64,000 nucleotides of DNA from an uncultured bacterium (GCA_964371055.1 CAYJLF010000001.1:277639-341638); one strand, 5' to 3'. Counted from the first letter of the stretch, positions 37,716-47,400 are shown. A program made the numbers and translations. The notes: generated by a model not told the origin, from the sequence alone.

Positions 37716-40700
37716 ATGCTGTTCAGCCCGATCCGATTCCCCGGGAGGGGACTCTCCCGCACCTGCGTTTTGGTGCTCGGTCTTGTGACCTGGGGAACCG
37801 ACTCCGCCGTCTCCGCACCGACCAGGGTGATCCCCGCCGACGGTGCCCACGGGGCGCCGCCGCCGTCGGTCCGGGTTCTGGAATCCACGCCTGACCGGCT
37901 GAGCCTGAGCTTCGAGCTCCCCGTGCTCATCGAAGAAGTGGAGCGCAGCCCCGGTTCGACTCGTCACCGCCTCGCCATCCCGGAAGGCGGGGAACTCGGA
38001 CGGCCGGGGGGGCCGCTCCTGCCGGTCTTCACGCGCCTGGTCGCCATCCCGGACGAGGTCGGGGTGCAGTGCTCGTTCGTCAGCCTGGAGAGCGAAGATC
38101 GGGCCGCACCCACCGAGTTCTGGAGCGGGTCGGGCAGAGACGACACCGGTTCGGACCTCGTCGAGATCGGCCGTCCCGCGCTGATGCGGGGCCTGCGCGT
38201 CGTCCCGGTCCGCTTTCGACCCGTGACCTACGATCCGTCCCGAAACATCCTCCGGGTCCACTCCCGCCTCCGGGTCGACCTCCGATTCGAGGGAGAGGAC
38301 CTCGAGAATGCGCGCCCGTCCCGACCCGATGCGGCCGTCGCGCCAAGCTTCGACCGGCTCTGCCGGGAGTTGGTCCTGAACTATGGTGACCGCGAGAAGA
38401 GCGACCGCGCGGGAACCGGCACCTGGCTTCTCATCGCCCCGAACGATCCCGCCGTGACCAACCGCCTGCAGCCGCTGCTCGACTGGCGCAAGCGCCGGGG
38501 GATGCCGGTCCGGCTCGCCACGACCGCGGAGACGGGCACCTCGACCGCCCAGATCAAGTTCTACCTGCAGAACGCTTACCTCAACTGGCCCGTCCCGCCG
38601 GAATTCGTCGTTCTGGCCGGCGATGCCTCCGGCACCTACCAGATCCCGACCTGGTTCGAGGGGTTCTCCGGCTACGGCGGTGAGGGAGATCATCCTTACG
38701 CGCAGTTGGAGGGGAACGACGTCCTCGCCGACGTTCATCTCGGGCGCCTGTCGTTCAACACCCTGGGTGAACTCGAGACGATCGTGGCCAAGCTGGTCGG
38801 CTACGAGCGTGACCCGTACGTGGACGATGCGACCTGGTTCAAGCGCGCCTGCCTGACCGGCGATCCGAATGCCTCGGGCTGGAGCACGGTTCACGTGATG
38901 CAGTGGATCAAGGCGGGCCTGCGGCATCGCGGCTACGCGGAGATCGACACCATCTTCGGAGACCCGTTCGTCGCGCAGATGCAGACGGCGCTCAACCGCG
39001 GTGACACGATCTTCGCCTACCGGGGCTACTGGGGAATGAGCGGCTGGACCAACTCACTGACCTACGCGTTGCTGAACGGACGGAGACTGCCGTTTTCCAT
39101 CATCTCGACCTGCGGCACGGGATCCTTCGCCGCCGAGACCGCACTGTCCGAGGGATTCCTGCGGGCGGGATCGGCTACGACGCCGCGCGGCGCCATCGGA
39201 GCGATCGGCACCGCGACGCTCGGCACCCACACCCGCTTCAACAACACCCTGACCATGGGAATCATGCAGGGCCTGCTCTACGAAGAGACCTACCACCTCG
39301 GCGCCGCACTCAGCCGGGGCAAGCTCGAGCTCTTCCTCAACTACGACGGGAGCGACCAGGCAATCTACGTCGACATCTTCTCGCACTGGAACAACCTGAT
39401 GGGCGATCCGGCGACGGAGTGCTGGACCGGTTTCCCGGAGCTCCTCGCGGTCTCGCATCCCACCTCGATGGCGGTCGGGGATCACGCCCTGTCGGTGGGC
39501 GTCTCCGGCCCGGAGGGACCGGCGGCGGGCGCCCTGGTGTGCGCGTGGAAGACCGCGGGGCTCGGGGGGCCGGAGGTCTACCTCACCGCCCTGACGGATG
39601 AGGAGGGGAACTGCGAGCTGCCGGTCGCCCTGAGCCACGCCGGCGACCTGCTCCTCACCGTGACCAAGCACGACCATCGGCCTTATCTCGCCACCATCCC
39701 GGTCACGCCGCAACCGCTGGTCGTGGGATATCAGTCAGCGTTCGTGGACGACGACAACGCCGGCGAGAGCGCGGGGAACGGAGACGGCTGGGCCAGCCCG
39801 CTCGAGGCTTTGGAGCTGCGGATCCAGCTCAGGAACTTCGGCACGCAGCTCGCGCCCCAGGTGACGGCGGTTCTCTCCTCCGCGGACCCGTATGTCGCCA
39901 TCACCGACGACACGGAGGAGTTCGGCGATCTGCCCGGGGGGCAGTCCGCCTGGTGCGCGGACGACTTCGGTCTCACGATCGATCCCGATTGTCCGGACGG
40001 CCACCTCCTCACGTTGGAACTGCAGATCCTGTCGCCCCTCCAGGAGTGGCGCAACGTCTTCACGCTGCCGGTCGCTTCCGCGCGCCCGGCCGTGGTCGCC
40101 GCGCATGTGCACGACGACGGGAACGAGACCCTCGATCCCGGAGAATCGGCCGACTTCAGCGTGGTCCTGCGCAACGACGGGACGATTCCCGCCGCCAACA
40201 CCACCGTGGAGCTGACCTCCCTCAGCCCCTGGATCTCCGTCCTCGACAGCTCGGGTACCTTCGGGACGATCCCTCCCGGAGCCGAGGCGGAGAATCTGTC
40301 GGACCGTTTCCGTCTGCACGCTTCGCCTCAGACCTTTCCCGGGCACCAGGCCGAGTTCCTGCTCCTCACCCGCTTCAATGGAGGAGCGATCGACACGGCG
40401 TCGGTCGCGATCGAGGTGGGATCGCGCGCCTCGACCGATCCCGCCGGACCCGACCGGTACGGATACGTCGCCTTCGACGATACGGATACGGCGTACGAGG
40501 CGGCGCCGGAGTATGCGTGGATCGAACTCGATCCCGCGCTGGGCGGGAACGGCACGGAGCTGCCGCTGGGCGACTACGGGCACTACCAGGACAAGTCGGG
40601 GACCGTCGAGTTGCCCTTCGCCTTCCGCTTCTACGGGGAGGAGCGCACCCACGCGACGATCTGCTCGAATGGATGGATCGCCCTGACCCCGACCCATCTC

Positions 40701-42551
40701 ACCGTCTACCGGAACACGACCATCCCGGGCGCAGGCGCCCCAAGCGACCTCGTGGCGGTCTTCTGGGACGACCTCTACCAGGATGGAAGCTCCCGGGTCT
40801 TCCACGCGTACGACCCGGTCGGGCATCGATGGATCGTGGAGTGGAGCCGGTTCCGCAACCTCGAAGACGGCTCGCTCGAGACCTTCGAGGCGATCCTGCT
40901 CGACCCACGCTTTCACGACACCGACACGGGAGACGGCGCCATCCTCTTCCAGTACCAGACCATCGCCAATGTCGACGTGCTCGACGGCTACGCCACGGTC
41001 GGGATTCAGGACTTCGACCATACCGATGGCCTGCTCTACTCCTACTTCAATCAGTACGAGGCGGGCGCGGCGACGCTCGAGGCGGAGCGGGCGATCCTCT
41101 TCCAGCCGGTGATTCCCGGTCCGCGCGGCGGAGTCGAGGGGATCGTGCGGAACGAGTCGCTGGGAGGTCTGCCGCTGGCGGGAGCGCAGGTCTCGCTCTA
41201 TCCCGGAGGTCGGACCTTCCCCACCGCCGCGGACGGATCGTTCGAGGGGGGCGTCGCCACCGGCGCCTACCTGGCGGTGGCCAGCCACGCCGGGTTCGCC
41301 CCCGACAGCGTGCTCGATGTCGTCGTGAGCGAGGGCGAGATCGTGCACCTCGAACTCGCTTTGATGGACGACGCAGGACCGACGATCTCCGCGGTCACGG
41401 AACCCGGGCACACGAGCGACACGGCGGGACCCTACAACCTGGAAGCCACGGCCAGCGACCCCAGCGGCGTCGCCTCGGTGGGTCTCTTCTATCGCCTCGA
41501 CGGAGGTGAGTGGCACGAAGTGCCGATGACCGGCGCCGGCCCGACCTACGCGGCCGGGATCCCCGGGGCGCCGGCCGGCACCGAGGTCGAGTATTACATC
41601 TCCGCGATCGACGGCGCGGGACTGGGAGCGTGCAGTCCACCCGGCGCTCCGGCCGAAGCCTACACACTTCTGATCACGACCGTCGCCTACAGCTACGCTG
41701 GCGAGGGCCCCTCCGACGCGGGCTGGACGATCGGCCTGCCGGAGGATGACGCCCTGCGCGGCATCTGGACTCGGGCCGACCCGCTCGCGTCCTGGTTTGG
41801 GGGAGAGCTCATTCAACCGGACGACGACCACACGCCGGATCCCGGCATCCGATGCCTGGTCACGGCCAACGTGATCCCCGGCGGGACCGACCCGGAGGGG
41901 GATGTCGATGGTGGCTGCACGACCGTGCTCAGCCCGGTGATCGACCTGAGCACGGCGACTTCCGCCTGGGTGGAGTACTGGAGATGGTTCGGCGAAATGG
42001 GGGACGCCACCGACGATGAACTGGCGGTCGACGTGTCCAACGACGGCGGAGTCTCCTGGGCTCCGCTGGAGCGCGTGCCGGAGAGCGATCCGTCCTGGCG
42101 GCAGGTCACCCGCGATCTCGGCGCCATCCTCCCTTTGACCGGGCAGATGCGCCTGCGCTGCCGCGCGTGCGATCTCGGCGAGCCGACGCAGCTCGAAGCA
42201 GCCTGGGACGATCTTTCCATCGAGGTGTTCGTGCCGGGGCCAACGTCCGCCTTAGGGTCCGTCTCGGCCGGCGCGATCGACGCCCTGGTGCCGGGGCGGC
42301 CGAATCCCTTCGCCGGCATGACCACGATCCGCTACCACACCGCGAAGACGGGAAAAGCGAGCCTCGCCATCTTCGATGTGCACGGCCGGGTGATCCGGCG
42401 CCTGTGGGAAGGGCCCTGCCCTGCGGGCGAACACCAGGCGAGCTGGGACGGCCGCGACACGCAGGGATCCGCCGCCCCGGCCGGGGTCTACTTCGTCCGT
42501 CTCGAGACCGCCGGGTATCGGGGCGAAAGCAAGCTCCTGGTCGTCCGGTGA
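37716..42551 (+). CDS. Very large (1611-aa) secreted peptidase-C25 (gingipain)-family homolog with multiple downstream Ig/jelly-roll-like domains and a FlgD-Ig-like CTD. The catalytic Cys is conserved, but the catalytic His position reads Tyr
   Basis: FVVLAGD...GNDVLADVHLGRLS...VGYERD, AYRGYWGMSGW and LPFSIISTCGTGSF align to RgpB YVLLIGD...GNDHYNEVFIGRFS...IHYERN, ANYTGHGSETAW and LPFIFDVACVNGDF. Start trimmed to MLFSPIRF (ATG at 37716, GGAGGG Shine-Dalgarno sequence). Confidence 0.8.
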   Translation: MLFSPIRFPGRGLSRTCVLVLGLVTWGTDSAVSAPTRVIPADGAHGAPPPSVRVLESTPDRLSLSFELPVLIEEVERSPGSTRHRLAIPEGGELGRPGGPLLPVFTRLVAIPDEVGVQCSFVSLESEDRAAPTEFWSGSGRDDTGSDLVEIGRPALMRGLRVVPVRFRPVTYDPSRNILRVHSRLRVDLRFEGEDLENARPSRPDAAVAPSFDRLCRELVLNYGDREKSDRAGTGTWLLIAPNDPAVTNRLQPLLDWRKRRGMPVRLATTAETGTSTAQIKFYLQNAYLNWPVPPEFVVLAGDASGTYQIPTWFEGFSGYGGEGDHPYAQLEGNDVLADVHLGRLSFNTLGELETIVAKLVGYERDPYVDDATWFKRACLTGDPNASGWSTVHVMQWIKAGLRHRGYAEIDTIFGDPFVAQMQTALNRGDTIFAYRGYWGMSGWTNSLTYALLNGRRLPFSIISTCGTGSFAAETALSEGFLRAGSATTPRGAIGAIGTATLGTHTRFNNTLTMGIMQGLLYEETYHLGAALSRGKLELFLNYDGSDQAIYVDIFSHWNNLMGDPATECWTGFPELLAVSHPTSMAVGDHALSVGVSGPEGPAAGALVCAWKTAGLGGPEVYLTALTDEEGNCELPVALSHAGDLLLTVTKHDHRPYLATIPVTPQPLVVGYQSAFVDDDNAGESAGNGDGWASPLEALELRIQLRNFGTQLAPQVTAVLSSADPYVAITDDTEEFGDLPGGQSAWCADDFGLTIDPDCPDGHLLTLELQILSPLQEWRNVFTLPVASARPAVVAAHVHDDGNETLDPGESADFSVVLRNDGTIPAANTTVELTSLSPWISVLDSSGTFGTIPPGAEAENLSDRFRLHASPQTFPGHQAEFLLLTRFNGGAIDTASVAIEVGSRASTDPAGPDRYGYVAFDDTDTAYEAAPEYAWIELDPALGGNGTELPLGDYGHYQDKSGTVELPFAFRFYGEERTHATICSNGWIALTPTHLTVYRNTTIPGAGAPSDLVAVFWDDLYQDGSSRVFHAYDPVGHRWIVEWSRFRNLEDGSLETFEAILLDPRFHDTDTGDGAILFQYQTIANVDVLDGYATVGIQDFDHTDGLLYSYFNQYEAGAATLEAERAILFQPVIPGPRGGVEGIVRNESLGGLPLAGAQVSLYPGGRTFPTAADGSFEGGVATGAYLAVASHAGFAPDSVLDVVVSEGEIVHLELALMDDAGPTISAVTEPGHTSDTAGPYNLEATASDPSGVASVGLFYRLDGGEWHEVPMTGAGPTYAAGIPGAPAGTEVEYYISAIDGAGLGACSPPGAPAEAYTLLITTVAYSYAGEGPSDAGWTIGLPEDDALRGIWTRADPLASWFGGELIQPDDDHTPDPGIRCLVTANVIPGGTDPEGDVDGGCTTVLSPVIDLSTATSAWVEYWRWFGEMGDATDDELAVDVSNDGGVSWAPLERVPESDPSWRQVTRDLGAILPLTGQMRLRCRACDLGEPTQLEAAWDDLSIEVFVPGPTSALGSVSAGAIDALVPGRPNPFAGMTTIRYHTAKTGKASLAIFDVHGRVIRRLWEGPCPAGEHQASWDGRDTQGSAAPAGVYFVRLETAGYRGESKLLVVR

Positions 42552-42623
42552 GTCCGGGCGATCCTCGAGGAGGGAGATCGGCTGATCGCCCCCGAGCGAC
42601 GGCCAGGACGGAACGGAGAGGCC

Positions 42624-43724
42624 ATGTGCCACAGGACGGAATCATCGATCCGGATCGGAGCTCTCGTCGGCTTCCGCGCGGCTGTTGTCGGCCTGGCTGG
42701 GATCATCGCGCCGGCCCTCAGCATCGACGGCGACGCCCGCGCCGCGATCCTCCATGTCCCCGGTGACTACCCGACCATCCAGGAAGCAATCTACGCCGCC
42801 TCCGCCGGAGATCAGGTGGTGGTCGGTCCGGGCACTTACCACGAGAGGCTCCTGGTGGCCCGCAGCATCCATCTCCTTGGAGAATTCGGCTACGAGGGCA
42901 CCGTGATCGACGCGGATGGACAAGACGCCGCGGTTCGCTTCGAATCAACGCTCGCGGATGGAGCGATCCTGGAAGGGTTCACGATCCAGAATGGGGCGGG
43001 AGGCGGAGTCGACGCCGGCGGCGTGTGCGCCATCGACTGTTCCCCGATCGTTCGCGGGAACCTCATCCGATTCAACTGGGAGACCGGCCTGTCCGCTCGC
43101 GGCGAGGGTACGCCTCTCTTCGAGAACAACCTCGTGATCGAGAACGGCCAGGGAATCATGCACTGGCAGTCCGAGGCGACGATCCGAGGCAACACGATCG
43201 CCCGCAATGCGGGCTCCGGGATCGAGCTTGCCAACCGGACGCCGGCCGAGATCAGCGGCAACCTGATCTACGCGAACGAGGGCAGCGGCATCGAAGGAGC
43301 GATCCCGGACGGCGTGCCGACCTGCCGGATCGAGGGGAACACCCTGATCGGCAACGAAAACGGAATCGAAGTCTCGTACTTCGCAGACTCGATCGTGTTC
43401 CGCCGGAACATCGTGGCCACTAACCGGGGCCGTGGCGTGTTGTGCTGGGGCCGAGGCAGATCCTGCCCCGTTCTCTCCTGCAACGATGTCTGGGGGAACC
43501 CGGTCAACTACGAGGGAGCCGATCCCGGATCGGACGACATCTCGCAGGATCCGCTCTTCTGCGACGCGCCCCGGGAGGACTTCGCCATCGCGGCGGGCTC
43601 ACCCTGCCTCCCGGAGTCGAGCCCCTGCGGCATGTTGATCGGCGCACTGGCCGAGGGGTGTGGCCCCACTCCGGTGCGGACACAGACCTGGGGATCGATC
43701 AAGGCCGCCTATCGAGCCGAGTAA
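42624..43724 (+). CDS. Secreted right-handed parallel beta-helix repeat protein (pectate-lyase/NosD-like fold)
   Basis: Signal peptide. Repeated GNxIxxNxGxGI beta-helix rungs (GNTIARNAGSGIE, GNLIYANEGSGIE, GNTLIGNENGIE). Cys-rich C-terminus. No FlgD CTD. Confidence 0.65.
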   Translation: MCHRTESSIRIGALVGFRAAVVGLAGIIAPALSIDGDARAAILHVPGDYPTIQEAIYAASAGDQVVVGPGTYHERLLVARSIHLLGEFGYEGTVIDADGQDAAVRFESTLADGAILEGFTIQNGAGGGVDAGGVCAIDCSPIVRGNLIRFNWETGLSARGEGTPLFENNLVIENGQGIMHWQSEATIRGNTIARNAGSGIELANRTPAEISGNLIYANEGSGIEGAIPDGVPTCRIEGNTLIGNENGIEVSYFADSIVFRRNIVATNRGRGVLCWGRGRSCPVLSCNDVWGNPVNYEGADPGSDDISQDPLFCDAPREDFAIAAGSPCLPESSPCGMLIGALAEGCGPTPVRTQTWGSIKAAYRAE

Positions 43725-43842
43725 TCGTCGCGGACCTCCCCCGCGTTCTGCACCGTCAGGTCCGACCAGCAGGTCGTGCCCGGCCTGCGTTCTCTACGAC
43801 GAACGCCGGCATCCGCCAGCACATCGCGATGTTCGATGCGCC

Positions 43843-45339
43843 CTACTTCAACAGCAGCATCTTCCGGCTGCCAAACTCCGCGCCGGCGCGGACCGCATAG
43901 AAGTAAATCCCGGCGGGCAGCGGCCGCCCGTCGTCGCCGGTGCCGTCCCAGAGGTAGGTGAACTCACCCGGAGTCTCGTGCACGAGCACGGCGGAACGCA
44001 CGATCCGCCCGGCGGCATCGTGGATCCGCACGGCGACGCTTCCCGCCCGGTCGATCGCGTAACCGATGGAGGTTTCCCGATCGAACGGGTTGGGGCTGCT
44101 GCCGCGTAACCTCAGCCCGCCCGCACGAACGCCGGCCCCGATCGATTCATCCACCTGGCCGTCAGGCACCGAGGAGGAGGGGTTGCGGCGGTAGAGCACG
44201 ATGTGGCCCTGCAGGATGTAAATCGGCGGCGTGTGGCCGTTGTAGTTGTAGTTGCAGTCCGTGCAGGTCTGGCCGTTGACACACTCCGGGTTCGTCGGAC
44301 GGCAGTAGTTGACGTACGGCTGGACGTTGTAGTCGAAGGTGTTGTCCTCGCCCGGGAGGATGGCGCCGGTCAGGTCGACCTCCCACGCCGGGGCGGCGTC
44401 CCCGGGGCACCAGCCGGCGCGGTTATAGGTCCACGTTCCTCCCTGCGGGCTGCAGCTGTTCTGCGCGCAGTCGCCGCGCCACAGGTTGTGCTGGAAGACG
44501 GTGCCGTTGGCGGTGACCTGATGCCACCGGTTGCAGAACTCGGCGCAGTTGGCCGTGTTCCCCTGCCCGTGACCGGTGCAGTAGACGCGCCCCTTCACGG
44601 CATCGGGCGCTCCGTCGATCGGCACCGTCAAAGGCGCGAAGTGATTCTCGATCGGGTCATCGGGGTCGCCGTAGAGCGTCCAGTAGCTGGACCAGAGGTT
44701 GATCACCTCGTACGGGATCATGTCGGGTTCGCCGTGGATGAAGGCAAAGTCGATCGTGACAACCCACCCGCGCGTACCGCCGATCCAGGTCTCGATGTAG
44801 TTGCTCAGGAGCACGTCGCCGCGCAGCAGCTGCATGTAGTCGGTGACATCGATCTCCCAGGTGCAGCTCACCGGACGAGGCGGCGGCGTGATGTCGTAGG
44901 GCGTCACGACTCTCCCGATCTCGATCCACTCCAGTTCGCGCCCGCCGTCCGCTCCGATCCGGCCGGTCTCGCGGCCGAGGCGGAGATAGCCGATCCGGTC
45001 CCACGGATCGCAGTCGCCAGGCGACTCGGGACACTCGATCCGGTAGAACATGAGGACTTTCGAGACGTGAAGCGAAGTGTCAGGGAAGGTGAAGGTCGAG
45101 TCGTGCGACGTCGCCCAGTTGTAGAAGTCTCGGTCGTAGGTACGCACCCAGGTGGTATCGGGATCCTCGGCCCGGGCCGGGCCGACGACCGCGGCGAAGA
45201 GGACAAGGAGGGAGAGCAACCCGACCGTGAGGGTCCCTCGGACGAGGTCGACGGCCCTTTCCCTTCGCGGGTGAACGCGACCGGCCGGGGGCGCGACGCT
45301 CGAGCAGACCATCAAGGCGGACCGGACGCTGTGGCGCAT
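43843..45339 (-). CDS. Peptide-N4-(N-acetyl-beta-glucosaminyl)asparagine amidase F (PNGase F) homolog with a FlgD-Ig-like CTD
   Basis: TFTFPDTSLHVSKVLMFYRIECPESPGDCDPWDRIGYL...EIGRVVTPY...EIDVTDYMQLL...YIETW parallels PNGase F TFTFPADVTTVKTIKMFIKNECPNKTCDEWDRYANVYV...EIGRFITPY...EIDVTDFKSLL...YTETW. The catalytic D (CDPWDR), E (AEFCNRWH) and E (NRAGWCPGD) equivalents are present. Start at MRHSV, with GGAGG. Confidence 0.8.
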   Translation of the reverse strand: MRHSVRSALMVCSSVAPPAGRVHPRRERAVDLVRGTLTVGLLSLLVLFAAVVGPARAEDPDTTWVRTYDRDFYNWATSHDSTFTFPDTSLHVSKVLMFYRIECPESPGDCDPWDRIGYLRLGRETGRIGADGGRELEWIEIGRVVTPYDITPPPRPVSCTWEIDVTDYMQLLRGDVLLSNYIETWIGGTRGWVVTIDFAFIHGEPDMIPYEVINLWSSYWTLYGDPDDPIENHFAPLTVPIDGAPDAVKGRVYCTGHGQGNTANCAEFCNRWHQVTANGTVFQHNLWRGDCAQNSCSPQGGTWTYNRAGWCPGDAAPAWEVDLTGAILPGEDNTFDYNVQPYVNYCRPTNPECVNGQTCTDCNYNYNGHTPPIYILQGHIVLYRRNPSSSVPDGQVDESIGAGVRAGGLRLRGSSPNPFDRETSIGYAIDRAGSVAVRIHDAAGRIVRSAVLVHETPGEFTYLWDGTGDDGRPLPAGIYFYAVRAGAEFGSRKMLLLK

Positions 45340-45569
45340 GACGTTTCCTCCGCGGAACGGATGGTGAAGGAGGCCTCTCGGCCGGCGCGTGCTCGATGGG
45401 GGGGAGCGCGCGTCCCGGCACACGTTGGCGGAATCCTAGCCCGCCGGAGGCGCCGGGGCAATGGTGGTCCATGCCCGCTGGCCCTTGCTCTCCTTCCGGC
45501 TCCGTGCGATACTTGGTCCCGCGTTCCGCGATGGTCGCCTGATGAACCGGGATGCGAAGGACGTGTGAA

Positions 45570-46787
45570 ATGAAGTGGATCGGTTCGCTTCGGATCGCGA
45601 CCTGGGCCGCGGCCATGATCCTGGGTTCATGGGCTTCGCCCGCCTGGAGCTACGAAGGGGCCGTCGTCGTCTGGGGATCCAACAGCCACGGCCAACTCGA
45701 CGTCCCGGCGCCCGACAGCGGCTTCGTCGCGATCTCCGCGGGCGACTTCCATAGCCTCGGGCTCACCGCCGACCGAACCATCGTGGCCTGGGGATGGAAC
45801 GACTACGGGCAGTGCGAGGTGCCGGTTCCCAATGCCCGGTTTGTGGCGATCGATGCCAGCGGCGTCTACAACCTGGCCCTCAGAGAGGACGGAAGCATCG
45901 CTCCCTGGGGACTCAACAGCTACGGGCAGTGCGACGTGCCGGAGCCGAACCTCGGGTTCCGTGCCATCGCGGCCGGGGGGCTTCACGGTCTCGCGCTCCG
46001 GGACGACGGTTCGGTCGCCGGTTGGGGCTACAACGACTACGGACAATGCGATCCCCCGACGCCGAACTCCACGTTCGTCAAGATCTCGGCCGGGTCACTG
46101 CACAGCCTGGGGCTGAGGGCCGACGGAACGATCTCGGCCTGGGGCGCCGACTACTATGGGCAATGCGCGATCCCGGCGCCGAACAGCGGGTTCGTGGCAG
46201 TGGCGGCGGGTGGAGAGCACAGCCTCGGCCTGAGGGCCGACGGAGTGGTTGTCGCCTGGGGACTGAACAACTTCGGGCAATGCACGGTGCCGCCCCCCAA
46301 CTCCGGCTTCGTGGCGATCGCCGCCGGCCAGCAATTCAGCCTGGGAATCAAGTCCGACGGCACCATCATCGGATGGGGGTACAACAACCACGGTCAGTGC
46401 AACCCATCCCAGCCGAACAGCGGTTTCGTTTCCGTCTCGGCTGGGTACGCCCACGGGATGGGACTGCGCCTCCACCCCGCGGGCGTCCGGGACGAGGTCA
46501 CGGGAGCCACCGGGGTCACGCTCCTGCCCAACCACCCGAATCCGTTCCAGCCGACAACGACGATCCGGTTCGAGCTGCTCGACGCGCGATGGGCGCTGCT
46601 CCAGGTCTACGACATCCAGGGGCACCTCGTGCGCACCCTGGTCTCCGGTCCCGTGTCGCCCGGACGGCACGAAATGACCTGGGACGGTTCGTCGGACCAA
46701 GGCAGGGTTGTGCCGGCAGGCGTCTATCTCTGCCGGCTTCAGGCACGCGGGGTGGAGCGGACCCGGTCCATGGTCCTGACCAGATAG
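45570..46787 (+). CDS. RCC1-repeat (regulator of chromosome condensation-like) beta-propeller protein with a FlgD-Ig-like CTD
   Basis: Seven repeats of the form WGxNxYGQCxVPxPNxGFVAIAAGxxHSLGLRxDG. Signal peptide MKWIGSLRIATWAAAMILGSWASPAWS. CTD NHPNPFQPTTTIRFELL...LQVYDIQGHLVRTL. Confidence 0.75.
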   Translation: MKWIGSLRIATWAAAMILGSWASPAWSYEGAVVVWGSNSHGQLDVPAPDSGFVAISAGDFHSLGLTADRTIVAWGWNDYGQCEVPVPNARFVAIDASGVYNLALREDGSIAPWGLNSYGQCDVPEPNLGFRAIAAGGLHGLALRDDGSVAGWGYNDYGQCDPPTPNSTFVKISAGSLHSLGLRADGTISAWGADYYGQCAIPAPNSGFVAVAAGGEHSLGLRADGVVVAWGLNNFGQCTVPPPNSGFVAIAAGQQFSLGIKSDGTIIGWGYNNHGQCNPSQPNSGFVSVSAGYAHGMGLRLHPAGVRDEVTGATGVTLLPNHPNPFQPTTTIRFELLDARWALLQVYDIQGHLVRTLVSGPVSPGRHEMTWDGSSDQGRVVPAGVYLCRLQARGVERTRSMVLTR

Positions 46788-46797
46788 GAGCGATCGG

Positions 46798-47400
46798 CTA
46801 AAGCTCCTTCGCGTGCTCCGCGAGATACTTCGCGACGCCGTCGGGCGAGCCCTTCATTCCGGCCTTCCCCTTGTTCCAGCCGGCCGGGCAAACCTCGCCG
46901 TGCTTCTCGGTGAACTGCAAAGCGTCGATCATGCGGATCGCCTCGTCGATGTTACGCCCGAGGGAGAGGTTGTTCACCACCTGGTGCTGCACGATCCCGT
47001 CCCGGTCGATCAGGAACGTGCCGCGCAGAGCGACGGCATCACCGATCAGCACGTCATAGTCGCGCGCGATGCTCTTGGAGAGGTCGGCGACGAGGGGGAA
47101 GCGGACGTGTCCGAGACCGCCCTTCTCCACCGGCGTGTTCTTCCAGGCCAGGTGACTGAACTGGGAGTCGACGCTCACGCCGATGACCTCGACGTTCCGC
47201 TCCTTGAACTCCTCCAGCCGGTGGTCGAAGGCAAGGATCTCAGTGGGGCAGACGAAGGTGAAGTCGAGGGGATAGAAGAAGACGAGGGCGTACTTCCCCT
47301 TGGTGTAGCTGCGGAAATTGAACGTCTCGTTGATCTCGTTGTCGCCCATCACGGCCTTGGCGGTGAAATCGGGGGCGGGCTTGCCGACCAGCACGGACAT
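46798..47400 (-). CDS. ahpC: Typical 2-Cys peroxiredoxin (AhpC/Tsa1 type)
   Basis: Peroxidatic Cys in FTFVCPTE. Resolving Cys in GEVCPAGW. GAGGAGG Shine-Dalgarno sequence. Confidence 0.9.
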   Translation of the reverse strand: MSVLVGKPAPDFTAKAVMGDNEINETFNFRSYTKGKYALVFFYPLDFTFVCPTEILAFDHRLEEFKERNVEVIGVSVDSQFSHLAWKNTPVEKGGLGHVRFPLVADLSKSIARDYDVLIGDAVALRGTFLIDRDGIVQHQVVNNLSLGRNIDEAIRMIDALQFTEKHGEVCPAGWNKGKAGMKGSPDGVAKYLAEHAKEL

